Virus record (IMG/VR): IMGVR_UViG_3300044977_000094
Span: 64,001 to 128,000 of that record
Reading direction: 5' to 3' (one strand)
DNA length: 64,000 nucleotides
Origin: a virus
Part shown: positions 17,875 to 28,781 of the stretch, piece by piece
Layout of the letters: the number at the start of each line of letters is the position of its first letter
Numbering within the stretch: position 1 is the first letter of the stretch
Made by a program: the position numbers and the translations under genes
The notes under the pieces: generated by a model
Seen by the model: the letters and a program-made list of their open reading frames with translations, nothing else
What the model was told of the DNA's origin: nothing
Database searches by the model: none

Positions 17875-18366
17875 CTAGGACCCCGGGTGCTTCGGCTCCT
17901 TCTGCGGCTCGATCGCACACTCGGGCGGGCTGTGCTGGCACTGGGCGGCGACCGAGATGTTGCCGTCCGTGGGGCCGGCCCACAGTGCCTCGTCGACCGT
18001 GAAGCCGGCTCGGCGGATGGCGTCGGTGGTGCGGGTGAGGATGTCCGGGTCGTAGAAGGTCGGGTCGTAGCCGGGGGAGTGGTGCACGAACGGGCCATGC
18101 TCGGCGCAGAGCTGGGCGTAGGGGCGGGTGTGGAGGATGAGGGCGTGCCAGCCTTCGTCGACGACGCGGGACGGGGCGAGGGGGATGCCGGGGTGGGTGG
18201 CTCCGGCGACGACGAACTTGACGGCCTCGGCGGTGATCCGTTCGGCGAGGCCCTGGGTCATGCCGGGGTTGTTGTCGAGGACGGTGTTGACGACGCCGGT
18301 GAACTGGGCGTCGGTGAGCAGGGTGCGCGGGTCTTGTTTGAGGGTGGTGATCGGTGGAGTGCTCAT
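17875..18366 (-). CDS. Glycine-rich-domain (GRDP)-like protein
   Basis: PSRVVDEGWHALILHTRPY..LC....FVHH motif. Confidence 0.7.
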   Translation of the reverse strand: MSTPPITTLKQDPRTLLTDAQFTGVVNTVLDNNPGMTQGLAERITAEAVKFVVAGATHPGIPLAPSRVVDEGWHALILHTRPYAQLCAEHGPFVHHSPGYDPTFYDPDILTRTTDAIRRAGFTVDEALWAGPTDGNISVAAQCQHSPPECAIEPQKEPKHPGS

Positions 18367-18418
18367 GGGCGTCTCCTGGGATTGGGCGGTGTGCGGGTGT
18401 GCAACACCGCATCCGTTT

Positions 18419-18428
18419 GTCCTAGGAC
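18419..18428. promoter_or_regulatory. Putative GntR operator
   Basis: Palindrome GTCCTAGGAC (GT-N2-TA-N2-AC) between divergent genes, next to a HutC-type GntR. Confidence 0.5.
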
Positions 18429-18495
18429 TATCGTGCGCGCGACGTGATGGACCGTCAATAGGGCTGGGACTACCCTGATCGCCAAGGAGGACACT

Positions 18496-19254
18496 ATGGA
18501 CACCCCCGCCTACCAGCACATCGCAGACCACTTGCGCACCGCCATCGAACGCGGCGACTACCACCCCGGCGACACCCTTCCGAAACTCACCGACCTCATG
18601 GCCCAGTACACGGTGTCCAAATCCACCGCCGCCGAAGCCATCGCCCTACTCGAAGCCGAAGGCCTCGTCGAAGCCGTCCGCCGCCGCGGCACCGTCGTCC
18701 GCGCCCTGCCGGTCCGCCGGCGCCTGACCCGCGCCAGACAGGTCTACCGGGACGACCGCGGCTACTACTTCGACCCCACCGCCCAACCCTGGACCGCCCT
18801 CGAACGACCGATCGTCACCTGGGGCCGGGCACCCGCGGACGTCGCCGGCCTGCTCGGCGTCGACCCCGGCGAGGACGTCCTGGTCCGCGACCGCATCATG
18901 GGCGACCCCGACACCCGCAAGCCCATGCAGCTCGCCACCAGCTACCTCCCCGCCGCTGTCGCCCGCGGCACCCGGCTCGCGGAGGTCGACACCGGGCCGG
19001 GCGGGATCTACGACCTGCTGGAGGGCATGGGGCACCGGCCGCTGCTGTGGTCGGAGAGCGTCAGCGCCCGCATGCCGACACCAGTCGAGGCCGCGCGCCT
19101 GGGTTTGGTGAAGGGTGTGCCGCTGCTACGGATCGCCCGCACCGCCACCGGGGCCGGCGGGACCGTGGTGGAGGTCAACGACACGCGCATGTCCGCCGAG
19201 GAGTTCGAGATCGGGTACTCCATCCGGCGGCACCCCTCGGCCGAGCTGGGCTGA
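18496..19254 (+). CDS. GntR/UTRA regulator (KorSA/TraR-like)
   Basis: YQHIADHLR..I..G...PGD.LP wHTH plus a UTRA domain. Confidence 0.9.
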   Translation: MDTPAYQHIADHLRTAIERGDYHPGDTLPKLTDLMAQYTVSKSTAAEAIALLEAEGLVEAVRRRGTVVRALPVRRRLTRARQVYRDDRGYYFDPTAQPWTALERPIVTWGRAPADVAGLLGVDPGEDVLVRDRIMGDPDTRKPMQLATSYLPAAVARGTRLAEVDTGPGGIYDLLEGMGHRPLLWSESVSARMPTPVEAARLGLVKGVPLLRIARTATGAGGTVVEVNDTRMSAEEFEIGYSIRRHPSAELG

Positions 19255-19305
19255 CGCAGCAGCCGGCCCCGTGTCCGGGAGGGCGCGGGGCCTTACTCTG
19301 GCTGC

Positions 19306-20040
19306 ATGGCCGCCGATACCCCCGCCGAGCCCGTGTTCCGATCCGATGTCACTGTCGGGCTGGTGCGCTCCAGTGCCCAGGACGCGGACGTGCTGTTCGC
19401 CGCCCGGGTGTCCACCGCTGGCGAGCAGTCCCTGGACGAGCTCCGCAAGGACCCGGCCCGCTCGAAGGGCCTGATCAACTACCTGATGCGGGACCGGCAC
19501 GGTACCCCGTTCGAGCACAACTCGATGACCTTCCTGGTCCACGCGCCGATCTTCGTGTTCCGCGAGTTCCAGCGGCACCGCGTCGGCTTCTCCTACAACG
19601 AGGAGAGCGGCCGCTACCGCGAGCTCCAGCCGGTCTTCTACGTCCCGGGCCCGGACCGCAAGCTGGTGCAGCAGGGCCGTCCGGGGAAGTACGAGTTCTT
19701 CGAGGGCACGCCCGGGCAGCAGGCGAGCGTCGCCCAGACGATGGAGGAGTCCTACCGCCAGTCCTATGCCGCCTACCAGCAGATGCTGGCCGACGGTGTG
19801 GCCCGGGAGGTGGCCCGGGCGGTCCTGCCAGTGGGCTTGTTCTCCTCGATGTACGCGACCTGCAACGCCCGCTCGCTGATGCACTTCCTGTCGCTGCGCA
19901 CCAAGGACGACCGCGCCAAGGTGCCCTCCTTCCCGCAGCGGGAGATCGAGATGGTCGCTGAGAAGATGGAACAGCAGTGGGCCACGCTGATGCCCCTCAC
20001 GCATGCCGCCTTCAACGAGCACGGGCGCGTCGCGCCGTAG
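19306..20040 (+). CDS. thyX: FAD-dependent thymidylate synthase
   Basis: HGTPFEH, RHRVGFSYNEESGRY, REVARAVLP, NARSLMHFLSLR. Confidence 0.95.
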   Translation: MAADTPAEPVFRSDVTVGLVRSSAQDADVLFAARVSTAGEQSLDELRKDPARSKGLINYLMRDRHGTPFEHNSMTFLVHAPIFVFREFQRHRVGFSYNEESGRYRELQPVFYVPGPDRKLVQQGRPGKYEFFEGTPGQQASVAQTMEESYRQSYAAYQQMLADGVAREVARAVLPVGLFSSMYATCNARSLMHFLSLRTKDDRAKVPSFPQREIEMVAEKMEQQWATLMPLTHAAFNEHGRVAP

Positions 20041-20049
20041 GCGGGCGGG

Positions 20050-20592
20050 CTACTCGGCGTCGGGGTCCGTGAGCGGCCGCCGGTGCCGATGCTTGGCCAG
20101 CCTGTCCAGTACGCCCTCGGCGGTAGCGGTGGCCTTCGCTTCGGCCCGGGCGGTCATCCGGAATTCCCGCCGTCCTGCCGGCTTGGAGCGGGATTGCCAG
20201 GCGTTCCAGTACTCGCCGTCGTCGTCCTCGGGCAGGCGAAGCGGTGCTTTGCCCTCGGCCCAGTCCCAGACCACGGCTGCCATGTCCTCGTAGTCGTCGA
20301 GCAGGACCAGCGGGCCCACGCTGACCGGTTCCAGCAGGAGGGCTGATGGTGGGACGTCGAAGGCGACGGCCAAGGCCATGAGGTCGTCGGTGTCGACTCG
20401 GCGCGATCCGTTCTCGATCTTGGTGATGGCGGAGGCGGCGATAGGTCGGCCCAGGTCGGCCAGGATGCCGGCCAGCCTGTAGGTGGACAGGCCGAGGGCC
20501 GTGCGGAGGCGTCCGACGTTTCGTGCCACTGCCTGCCCCGTCGGGCCCAGCTCGTTGGGCTTACGCCGCGTCTTCTTCTCGTCCGCCTCCAT
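20050..20592 (-). CDS. XRE-family repressor (second module)
   Basis: NVGRLR...GLS...LA......ITKIENGSRRVDTDDLMALA. Confidence 0.85.
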   Translation of the reverse strand: MEADEKKTRRKPNELGPTGQAVARNVGRLRTALGLSTYRLAGILADLGRPIAASAITKIENGSRRVDTDDLMALAVAFDVPPSALLLEPVSVGPLVLLDDYEDMAAVVWDWAEGKAPLRLPEDDDGEYWNAWQSRSKPAGRREFRMTARAEAKATATAEGVLDRLAKHRHRRPLTDPDAE

Positions 20593-20695
20593 GGCAGCAG
20601 CCTCTCACGCGATCTACCGGTTCAACCAACGACATGGAGCGATGTAGCCGTATATACTTCTAACATCGAAGCACGCGAGTGATAGAAGGAAGCAA

Positions 20696-20923
20696 ATGCT
20701 CGTAGAAGAAATGCAGCTGGTCGGAGACCCTGAAGACCTACTCACACCCCGCGAGGTCTCGGCGATCACCCGGCTCAAACTCCAGACCCTCGCCGACCAC
20801 CGCTGGAGGAAGGTCGGCATCCCCTACATCAAGCTCGGCAAAGGGCCCCGCGGCCACGTCCGCTACCGCCGACGCGACGTCATGGCCTACCTGACAGACC
20901 CACTGGCGCAGGGCGCCGGCTAG
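20696..20923 (+). CDS. Excisionase/AlpA-like HTH protein
   Basis: LLTPREVS......TLADHRW..VGIPYIKLG....VRYRRRDV; divergent from the repressor. Confidence 0.8.
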   Translation: MLVEEMQLVGDPEDLLTPREVSAITRLKLQTLADHRWRKVGIPYIKLGKGPRGHVRYRRRDVMAYLTDPLAQGAG

Positions 20924-20971
20924 GACGCACCGCACAGTCATTCCCTGTCGCGACGTCCGAGAGAGAAGCAC

Positions 20972-21877
20972 GTGAGCCTCGAAGCGATGGACTGGGTGTG
21001 GGATCACTCCCGCTCCAAAGGCGTCGGCCGCATGGTGATGCTGGCCCTCGCCGACAAGGCGCTGCCCTCGGACACGGAGTGCAAGGCGTACGGCTCGCTG
21101 ACCTTCCTCCAGAAGCGCGCCAACTGCACCCGAGAGGCGGTAACCGCCGCACTGTCGGTCTTGCTGGCGTTGGGCGAACTGGAGGTCGTCGAAGGCGAAA
21201 AGGGCCCGTACGGGGCCAGCGTGTACCGACTCCCTAAGGCCATTGGCCATGCCCGTCTCAGGTCGTTCGAACGCTCCAATCGGTCGGCTCACCCGACCGA
21301 TTCAAGTTCGACAAGCGGTCGGCTCAGCCGACCAGGGGTAGTCGGCTCACCCGACCAATCCGGAGCGGAATCGGTCGGCTCACCCGACCCCAACACCACC
21401 ACCCCACCAAGAACCACCACCTCCGCGCCTACCGACCCGCCTGCCCCACCCTCTCCATCCGGAGGAGGCGGAGGAGATCAACAACAGGAAGCCGAGGGCT
21501 TCCTCCAGTCGCTGCCCCCGCCGTGGACGGCAGGACCTGTGGACGCCCGCAAGCTCGCCCCACTGCTCCTGGAGCGCACCGAAGCGCAAGGCTGGGACCT
21601 CGACCCCGCCCTCGCCGCCGAGCTGACGAAGAACCCCGGTGGCATCGAGCGCTACGCCTCGGTCCTGCCGCGGCGAATCGCCAACCTCGTCAAGAAACCC
21701 ACCGGCCACAAACCCACCGGCCACCAGTCCCGCGCTTCGCCCGCCCTGCCGCCGTGGTGCGAGGACCCCGACTGCGACCGGGCCACCCGCTACCGAACCA
21801 CCGAAGACGACAACGGCTACCCCCTCGCCACGCCCTGCCGCGCCTGCCACCCCGACCACGCCAAGGAAGCAGCATGA
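20972..21877 (+). CDS. Phage replication initiator (N-terminal wHTH)
   Basis: MSLEAMDWVWDHS..KG..RMVMLALAD N-terminus, internal iterons, coupled to dnaB. Confidence 0.75.
   Translation: MSLEAMDWVWDHSRSKGVGRMVMLALADKALPSDTECKAYGSLTFLQKRANCTREAVTAALSVLLALGELEVVEGEKGPYGASVYRLPKAIGHARLRSFERSNRSAHPTDSSSTSGRLSRPGVVGSPDQSGAESVGSPDPNTTTPPRTTTSAPTDPPAPPSPSGGGGGDQQQEAEGFLQSLPPPWTAGPVDARKLAPLLLERTEAQGWDLDPALAAELTKNPGGIERYASVLPRRIANLVKKPTGHKPTGHQSRASPALPPWCEDPDCDRATRYRTTEDDNGYPLATPCRACHPDHAKEAA
21282..21389. repeat. Iterons (origin 1): four copies of GGTCGGCTCACCCGACC
   Basis: Copies at 21282, 21317, 21340 and 21373 inside the initiator gene, as in lambda O. Confidence 0.75.
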
Positions 21878-23214
21878 CCACCGGCCCCGACGACTACCCC
21901 GACGAGGACCCGCGCCCCCGCGACATCCCCGCCGAGCAAGCCCTCCTCGGCAGCATGCTCCTCGGCGAACGCGCCATCGACGACGCCGCCGACACCCTCG
22001 CCGGCCCCGACGACTACTACCGCGAAGCCCACCAGCTCATCCACACCGCGATCCTCGAAGTCCACGGCCAAGCCGGAGCCCGAGCCGACCCCATCACCGT
22101 CGAGGCCCAGCTCCGCAAAAGCGGGGTCCTGGAGCGCTGCGGCGGCGCACCGTACCTGTTCCGCCTCGCCAACAGCGTCCCCGTCAGCGCGAACGCCGAC
22201 TGGTACGCCGGCATCGTCCGCGACACCGCCAAGCTCCGCCGGATCTACGAGGCCGCCACCCGCATCGCCAACCAGGCCCTGGCCCGCGAAGACCCCGACG
22301 ACGTCCTCGACGCCGCCGTATCCGCCTTCCAGGCACTGATCATCAACGCCCCTGCTGACGCGCCCAAGCTGTCCGTCGCCGACCGCTGGGACGACTTCGT
22401 CGACCAGCTCGAAGCCGGAGAAGACCCCAACGCCCTCGACACCCCCTGGAAAGACGTCAACGAGGTCACCAGCTTCAAGCCCGGCGACGTCATCGCCGTC
22501 GGCGCGGAGACCTCCGGCGGAAAGTCCCTCCTCGGCTTCAACTGCGCCGCGCACGTCGCCCTGCGCCGCAAGCGGCCCGTCCTGGTCGCGAGCATGGAGA
22601 TGGGAGGCACCGAGCTCCTCGCCCGCCTCACCGCGGCCGAAGCCGGCGTGGACCTGTCGCGGCTGGTGAACCGGCAGCTCCTCGAATCCGACTGGGAGCG
22701 CATTGCCCGTGTCGCCGAGCGCCTGCGCGGTGCCGACAACTTCGTCCTGGACGACTCGCCCGGCCTGTCCCTGTCGAAGATCCGCGCCCGGATCAGGTGG
22801 ATGACGTCCAAGGGCACACCCCCGGCGCTGGTCGTCGCGGACTACCTCCAGCTCATCACCCCCGAAGGCCCCGGCGGCCGGAACCGCACACAGGAAGTCG
22901 CGGACATCTCCCGCGGGTTGAAGCTCATGGCCATGGAGTTCAAGGTGCCCGTCCTGGCCCTGGCCCAGTTCAACCGCGGGCAGGTCGGGCGCAAGCCGCT
23001 GGTGTCGGACTTCAAGGACTCCTCGCAGATCGAGCAGGACTCGAACGTGATCCTGCTGATCTCCAAGGACATCCCCGACGACCCGTCGAACCCGGCGCCG
23101 GACAACGGGATCAGGCACGTTGAGGTGGCGAAGAACCGGAACGGGCCGCGGGGTCGCGAGGTGGACCTTCAGCAGCAGGGGCACTATGCGCGGCTGGTGT
23201 CGCTCGCCCGGTAG
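21874..23214 (+). CDS. dnaB: DnaB-like replicative helicase
   Basis: AEQALLGSML N-domain, Walker A variant GAETSGGKS, SMEM, DYLQL, ISRGLK.MA.E, QFNR, IEQD, KNRNGP. Confidence 0.92.
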   Translation: MTTGPDDYPDEDPRPRDIPAEQALLGSMLLGERAIDDAADTLAGPDDYYREAHQLIHTAILEVHGQAGARADPITVEAQLRKSGVLERCGGAPYLFRLANSVPVSANADWYAGIVRDTAKLRRIYEAATRIANQALAREDPDDVLDAAVSAFQALIINAPADAPKLSVADRWDDFVDQLEAGEDPNALDTPWKDVNEVTSFKPGDVIAVGAETSGGKSLLGFNCAAHVALRRKRPVLVASMEMGGTELLARLTAAEAGVDLSRLVNRQLLESDWERIARVAERLRGADNFVLDDSPGLSLSKIRARIRWMTSKGTPPALVVADYLQLITPEGPGGRNRTQEVADISRGLKLMAMEFKVPVLALAQFNRGQVGRKPLVSDFKDSSQIEQDSNVILLISKDIPDDPSNPAPDNGIRHVEVAKNRNGPRGREVDLQQQGHYARLVSLAR

Positions 23215-23216
23215 GG

Positions 23217-23417
23217 CTACTCGTCGGGGGAGTGGGCGCGGGGTGCTGGCCGCTCGGGTAGCTCGGCCCCGGGTCGTCGTACGAACCATTCGTAGAGCTG
23301 CTTGGTGACGGCGGACCTGTCGAGGCCGAGCGCCTCAGCAGCGTTGGAGAGGTCGGCCCAGAGGTCGTCGTCGATCTGGCGGATGCCGCGGAGCTTCTTC
23401 GAATGCTGGTTGGCCAT
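23217..23417 (-). CDS. Ribbon-helix-helix-like regulator
   Basis: RGIRQIDDDLW...RSAV.KQ..EWFVRRPGAELPERP; similar to 40833-41081. Confidence 0.65.
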   Translation of the reverse strand: MANQHSKKLRGIRQIDDDLWADLSNAAEALGLDRSAVTKQLYEWFVRRPGAELPERPAPRAHSPDE

Positions 23418-23433
23418 GAAAGCCATGGTGACG

Positions 23434-23487
23434 GGTGGTTGACCACCTGTCTAGGCAGTGTCATCCTTAGAGGGTGGTTAACCACCC
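23434..23487. promoter_or_regulatory. Two palindromic operators GGTGGTT(G/A)ACCACC
   Basis: 23434-23447 and 23472-23487, in the divergent intergenic region. Confidence 0.7.
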
Positions 23488-23522
23488 CTGATCTGCTAAT
23501 GATCTACGCGAAGGAGATCACC

Positions 23523-26500
23523 ATGACCACCACCGGCCAGCACCTGGACGGGCTCACCATCGCCTGCCAGCAACTCATCGAGACCGTCGGCGATCTACGC
23601 GTTCGCGGTCACATCAAGGAGCACCCGGAGTTCATCGAGCACGGCGCCAACCTGGTCGAGGTCATGCTCGTTGAGGTCCGTGAGGCGGTGGCTCGGGAGC
23701 GGGCCGCTATGGACTTCCCGCCGCTGCCCGACGGGGAAGCAGTACGGAGTCACCGGAGCCAGGTGGCCGGATTCGTGAAGCACCGCTGCAACTGCGGCTG
23801 GTGCCGGAACGAGTCCTGACAGCCCCCTGCTGGTCGGCTCGATCTCGTCAACCCCAGCACGACCACCCCGCACGCCCCTCTGATCGGAGTCCCCGTGTCC
23901 TACGCCTTGTTCGCCATCGCCGCGCTGAATGTGTTCGGCATCTACCGCTCCATCGCCAGTGTCGGCGCGCCCCGCCAGCCGACTACCGGCAGCACTGCCG
24001 CCATGGCCGCTCTTGTCACCGCCGGGATCATCACCGTCCAGATCCTCGCCGGGCTGGCCCTGCTCCACCGCTGACCCGCCTGCCTGAACCCGCCTACCGA
24101 CCGAAGGAGCAGCGCCCCATGGGCTACGAGTCCCACTTCACCGGCCACATCACCATCACCCCGCCCCTCACCTGGGCCGAGATCAAGCGCGGCCCCGGCC
24201 TCCAGGACGTGCGACTGGAGCTGGACGAGAAGGTCACCGAGAACGAGTCCGGCCAGACTCGGATCATCACCGCCGTCGCCGTGCTGCCGCTCACCGGCGG
24301 CGCGTTCAACGGCTACGACATCGCCGAGGAGCTACAGGCCCTGGTCGACGCCCACCGGGCGCACGAGTTCACCGGTGAGATCGCCGCACGGCCCCTCGAC
24401 CCGGGCGGGGAACCCTGGCGGTGGATCATCCGCGACCGGCGGGTCGTGCGGCAGGTTCCGCGACTGGAATGGGTCGATGAGACGCCGGGGGCTGACCAGT
24501 GATCCGCGATACCCGGTTCCTGATCTCCCGCAAGCCCTACGCCGTCGACCTCACCACGTTCCGGGGCGCCGAGGTGAAGGAACGCCACTGGGCAGTCGGC
24601 ACCCGCTACCACGTGTCCGCCTACATCGACGCCGTCTGGTACCGCCGCAAGGCCGGCCGGACACGGGCCTGCATCGGTGCGCTCGGGCTCTGGAGCCAGA
24701 ACCTGAAGCAGCCCGTCGATCCGCTCGACCCTCTAGCGGTCCTGTCGGCCGACCTGGACAGCCGCTACGGGGGCGACTGCCACGGCCGCTGGGACGGCAC
24801 CGGCTACTGGGGCGCTGAACAGCCCGACGTCGCCGCCGAGCACCTGGAGCTGCTGCGGCCGATGCTCGCCAACTACCCGGCCATCCCCGATGGGTTCGAC
24901 GGCTGGTACCACTTCTGACCCGAAGGAGCAGCCCCATGCCCGAGTCGCGCCCGCTGCTTTGCACCCGATGCGGCCACCCGGTGGCCGTTGCCGAGGACGT
25001 GCACGCGTACCTCGACTGGGGCACGGCCGTCATCGACGCCGACGGCGTTGTACGCCCAGCGGTGAAGTCCTTCGAGTTCTTCACCGCCGACCCTTTCCAG
25101 GCCCGCGCTGTCTGCCAGAACGCCGACTGCCGCTACCAGTGGAAGCTCCGCCGCAAGTTCGACCCCGAGCGCGGTGAGGATGCGGCCCCCGAGTCGATGG
25201 GGCGCACGCACTTCTGACCGCCACCCGCCCCGCTCGATCCCGCGCCAACCAACACGAAGGAGCAGCACGTGCCCTCCGACCTGATCCGCTTCCCCGACCT
25301 CGCCCACTACCGCGACACCGGCGAGGGCGGCGTGTTCGTGCTGCTCGCCGTGCCCGAGCCCAGCGGCTACAGCCACGGCTGCCACGTGGATGTCAGCATC
25401 AACCTGTCCGCGCCGGACGCGTGCCTGAACAGCGACCTGCGCAACGCCGTGTGGCAGCCGTTCGACTACCACAAGTCCGGGTACAAAAAGGCGTTCCAGG
25501 CGAAGGACGCCCTTGACGCCGCCGGGCAGCCCGAACTAGGCGCCTGGGCGTTGCAGACCACCAGCCCCGACGACTGGTCCGCCAATCTGCTTGCCGCGGT
25601 CCACCTCGGCAGTAGCCCGCACAGCCTGTGGTCCGAGCAGCAGGGCGCCTACTGGACCGCGACGGTGGACGACCTGACCGACGCCGGCCTGGCACTGCAC
25701 GACGGGCTACGGGCTGCGTTTGGGGTCGAGCCTGTGCTGATCACCTGCCTGGACACCTGATCCTCTGCCGCCTGGTTGCTGTGGCCGGGCGGCCCCAACC
25801 CCCGAAGGAGCGTTGATGTATCTGCCCGGTTGTGACTGCGGTGCCTGCTGCGACGACTCGACCTGCTGCGTCCACGGCGAGTTCTGCGACCTTCGGCAGG
25901 GAGCGGTGGACATCGACCTTGCTGGGGTGTGCGCGGATTGTGGGGCTGCGGTGGGTGAGGTGTGTGGGGTCGGGTGTCCGGCGGCCTGATCGGCGTGGTG
26001 CAGGTCACGCCTTGGCTGCCCAGCGGTGGGCAGCCTCCGTCCCGTCCCGGCGCCAGTCTGGATTCACCGCCAACCCCGAGGAGTCCACCATGATCAACGC
26101 TGTTCGTTTCGCCGCCGCCTACGCCGCCCTGACCGCCAGTCACCACCTCGGGGACATGTGGGTGCAGCGGGACGCCGACGCCCTGGACAAGGGCAAGCCC
26201 GGCTGGGAGGGGCACGCCGCGTGCCTCCGCCACGTCGGCTCGTATACCGCGACGCAGGCCCTGGCACTGTGGGCCGCGGACCGGTACCTCGGCCTCGGCC
26301 TCAACCCCCACCGGGCCGCCGCCGCGCTCGCCGTCTCGGCCGTCACCCACTACTACGCCGACCGGTCCGGTGGGCACTGGCAGGACCCGGAGCCGGCCGG
26401 GCTCGTCGCGGTCGCGCACCGGCTCGGCAAGCAGGGCTGGCTGAAGGCTGACCCGCGGGCCGGGTTCGAGCTGGATCAGGCGTGGCACCTGGGGTGGATC

Positions 26501-28159
26501 GGGATCGCCGCAGCGGTCGCCGCTGGGCGCAGCTGACCAACCACCAACTGAAGGAGCAGCATGAGCAGCACCGACGACTGGATGCGTTCCGTCTTCGACC
26601 CGAAGCAGATCAAGGCCGACATCACTGCCGACGCCAAGACCGCAAGAGAGTTCCAGGAGCGCGGCAACATCCGCGACTACGAGCGCTACCACCGAGATAT
26701 CAACCGGGCGTTGGACCTCCTGGCCAGGTTCCCCCAGGAGGGATCAGCATGACCGAGCGCACTCCCATCGAGATCCTGGCTGCTGCGGCTCGCCTGCTGC
26801 GGGCCAACGCGACCGCCCCTCGGGTCGAAGGGTCGCCCGGCCTGCTGCGGCAGGACGAGGACTGTGCGCGCGACAACTGCCCCTGCAACGAGCCGATGAT
26901 GCGCCCCGGCCTCGGGCTAGCGGTAGCGGACTGGCTGGAGGTCGTCGTGGGTGAGATGCGGATATGGGGGGCCGACCCGGATTGCGCGAGCTGGAACGCC
27001 GCGCTCGTGACGGCACGCCGGACCCTCGGGGACGAGGCGGATGTTGAGCGTGAACATGGCGTCTGACCTGCGCAAAGTCTCCACCCATCCTTAAGCACAA
27101 ACCCTGTCGAACCCCCGCAATCGTGAGATAATTGGCGTCAACTCCCAACGAAGGCAACCCACATGAGCCCGACCGACGCTCTCGTCCAGCATGTCCGAAT
27201 GGCCGTCGCCCTGGGGCTCTCCGACCGGCACCAGGAAGCCTGGGCGGAGATCGAGACCGCTGTCGCCCCTGATCCGCTGGCCATGTACGCCACCATCTCT
27301 GCCCTTGCTGAAGTCGCCGTCGCCGACCACGCCGATCGGGACTCTGGCGGGGTGTTCGGCCTGACTGTGCAGTACCAGGGCCGTGAGGCCGACATCAACG
27401 GGGCCCCGGCGGCACAGCGGCTCGCGATGCAGTTCATGGCCGCACAGGCCAACCGGGACCTCGACATGACCCGGGCCCTGTTCGTGGCCGCGATGAACAC
27501 GGACCCCGCTTCGGTAGCCGGCGCGACTCTGATCGTCTACGAGGCCGCGCTGAAGACCAGCCGCGAGCGCATCAACCGGGGCAAGGAGGTTCCCGGTGCT
27601 GACGCCTGACGCCGAGCTGGATCGGCTCCGCACTGAGAACGCCCTCCTCCGCACCCAACTCACTGCCCAGGCCGTCATCCCCGAGCTCCCGGCCGAGTAC
27701 GACGGCGAGGCGATCACCTGGCGGCCTTGGGAAGCGGCACCGGTCATCAACTGCTACCGGCATGCCGACTTCAACACCTGCACTCAGTGCGGCCATCCCG
27801 GGCCCTCCGTGATGGCATTCGGGTACGCGGGTCCGAAGAAGCCGCTGCTGAAGTACCAGGCTCACCGCTGCCCGTCGTGCCAGGAGACCACGGTGTACCG
27901 GCGCGACCGTGATTGGCGTGGCCTTGACCTCGTGCAGATCGCCTACCACCCGCCGCGCACCACCGCCCTCACTATCACCTGACCTGGAGTCCTGATGCCC
28001 GTCACCGACCCCCGCCCCACCCCGCCGGCGTGCCCGCGTGTCCCGCTCGCCCAAGCAGCCCGCGCCGCCGAGACCGCTGCGCCGTCGGTCCTGGACCGGA
28101 TCCTGGCCCCGGGCGACAAGCAGCGGGTTGAGGTTGCAGCGTTCCAGTCGTCCATCTGA
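23523..28159 (+). CDS. Run of small hypothetical phage genes (23523-23819, 23895-24074 membrane, 24119-24502, 24499-24918, 24936-25217, 25269-25760, 26090-26536 DUF3307-like membrane, 26561-26752, 26749-27066, 27163-27609, 27596-27982, 27995-28159)
   Basis: Most have GGAG/AAGGAG SDs or overlapping start/stop codons and GC3-biased codons. Confidence 0.65.
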
Positions 28160-28184
28160 CCGCCAGCTCTCACCGGAGTCCCGA

Positions 28185-28781
28185 ATGACCGCGATCTTCT
28201 ACGACACCGAGTTCATCGACACCGGCACCACCATCGACCTGATCTCCATCGGCATGGTCACCGAGAACGGCGACGAGTACTACGCCATCATCGACGACCA
28301 CGAGGTGATCACCCGGGCGATGCGCCACGACTGGCTGCGGAAGAACGTCGTGCCGTCGCTGCCGATCACCGATGCCCACCAAGACACGGAAACGACCGTG
28401 TGGTTCGCCTGCCCGACACCGGAAGCCGCACCTGCCAACTGCTGGTTCTGGAACGAGGACCATCCGGACTACCGGCATGTGAAGCCCCGCGAGCAGATCG
28501 CCAAGGAGGTCCGGCAGTTCATCGCCGCAGCCCCGGACCCGCACCTGTGGGCCTGGTATGCCGCGTACGATCACGTCGCCCTGGCCCAACTGTTCGGCAC
28601 GATGATGCAGCTGCCTGTCGGTATCCCGATGTGGACAGCGGATCTGCGGCAGGAAGTCGAGCGGCTGGGCAACCCGCAGTTGCCGGAGCAGCCTGCGGGC
28701 GAGCACAACGCACTGGAGGATGCGAGGCACAACCTCGTCCGGTGGGCGCACCTGAAGTACTTCGAGGTGCCTGGTGTCTGA
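28185..28781 (+). CDS. 3'-5' exoribonuclease, Rv2179c/RNase AS-like (DEDDh)
   Basis: IFYDTEF...IDLISIG.V...WAWYAAYDHV.LAQLFG.M..LP..IPM.T.DLRQ...HNALEDARH. Confidence 0.88.
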   Translation: MTAIFYDTEFIDTGTTIDLISIGMVTENGDEYYAIIDDHEVITRAMRHDWLRKNVVPSLPITDAHQDTETTVWFACPTPEAAPANCWFWNEDHPDYRHVKPREQIAKEVRQFIAAAPDPHLWAWYAAYDHVALAQLFGTMMQLPVGIPMWTADLRQEVERLGNPQLPEQPAGEHNALEDARHNLVRWAHLKYFEVPGV

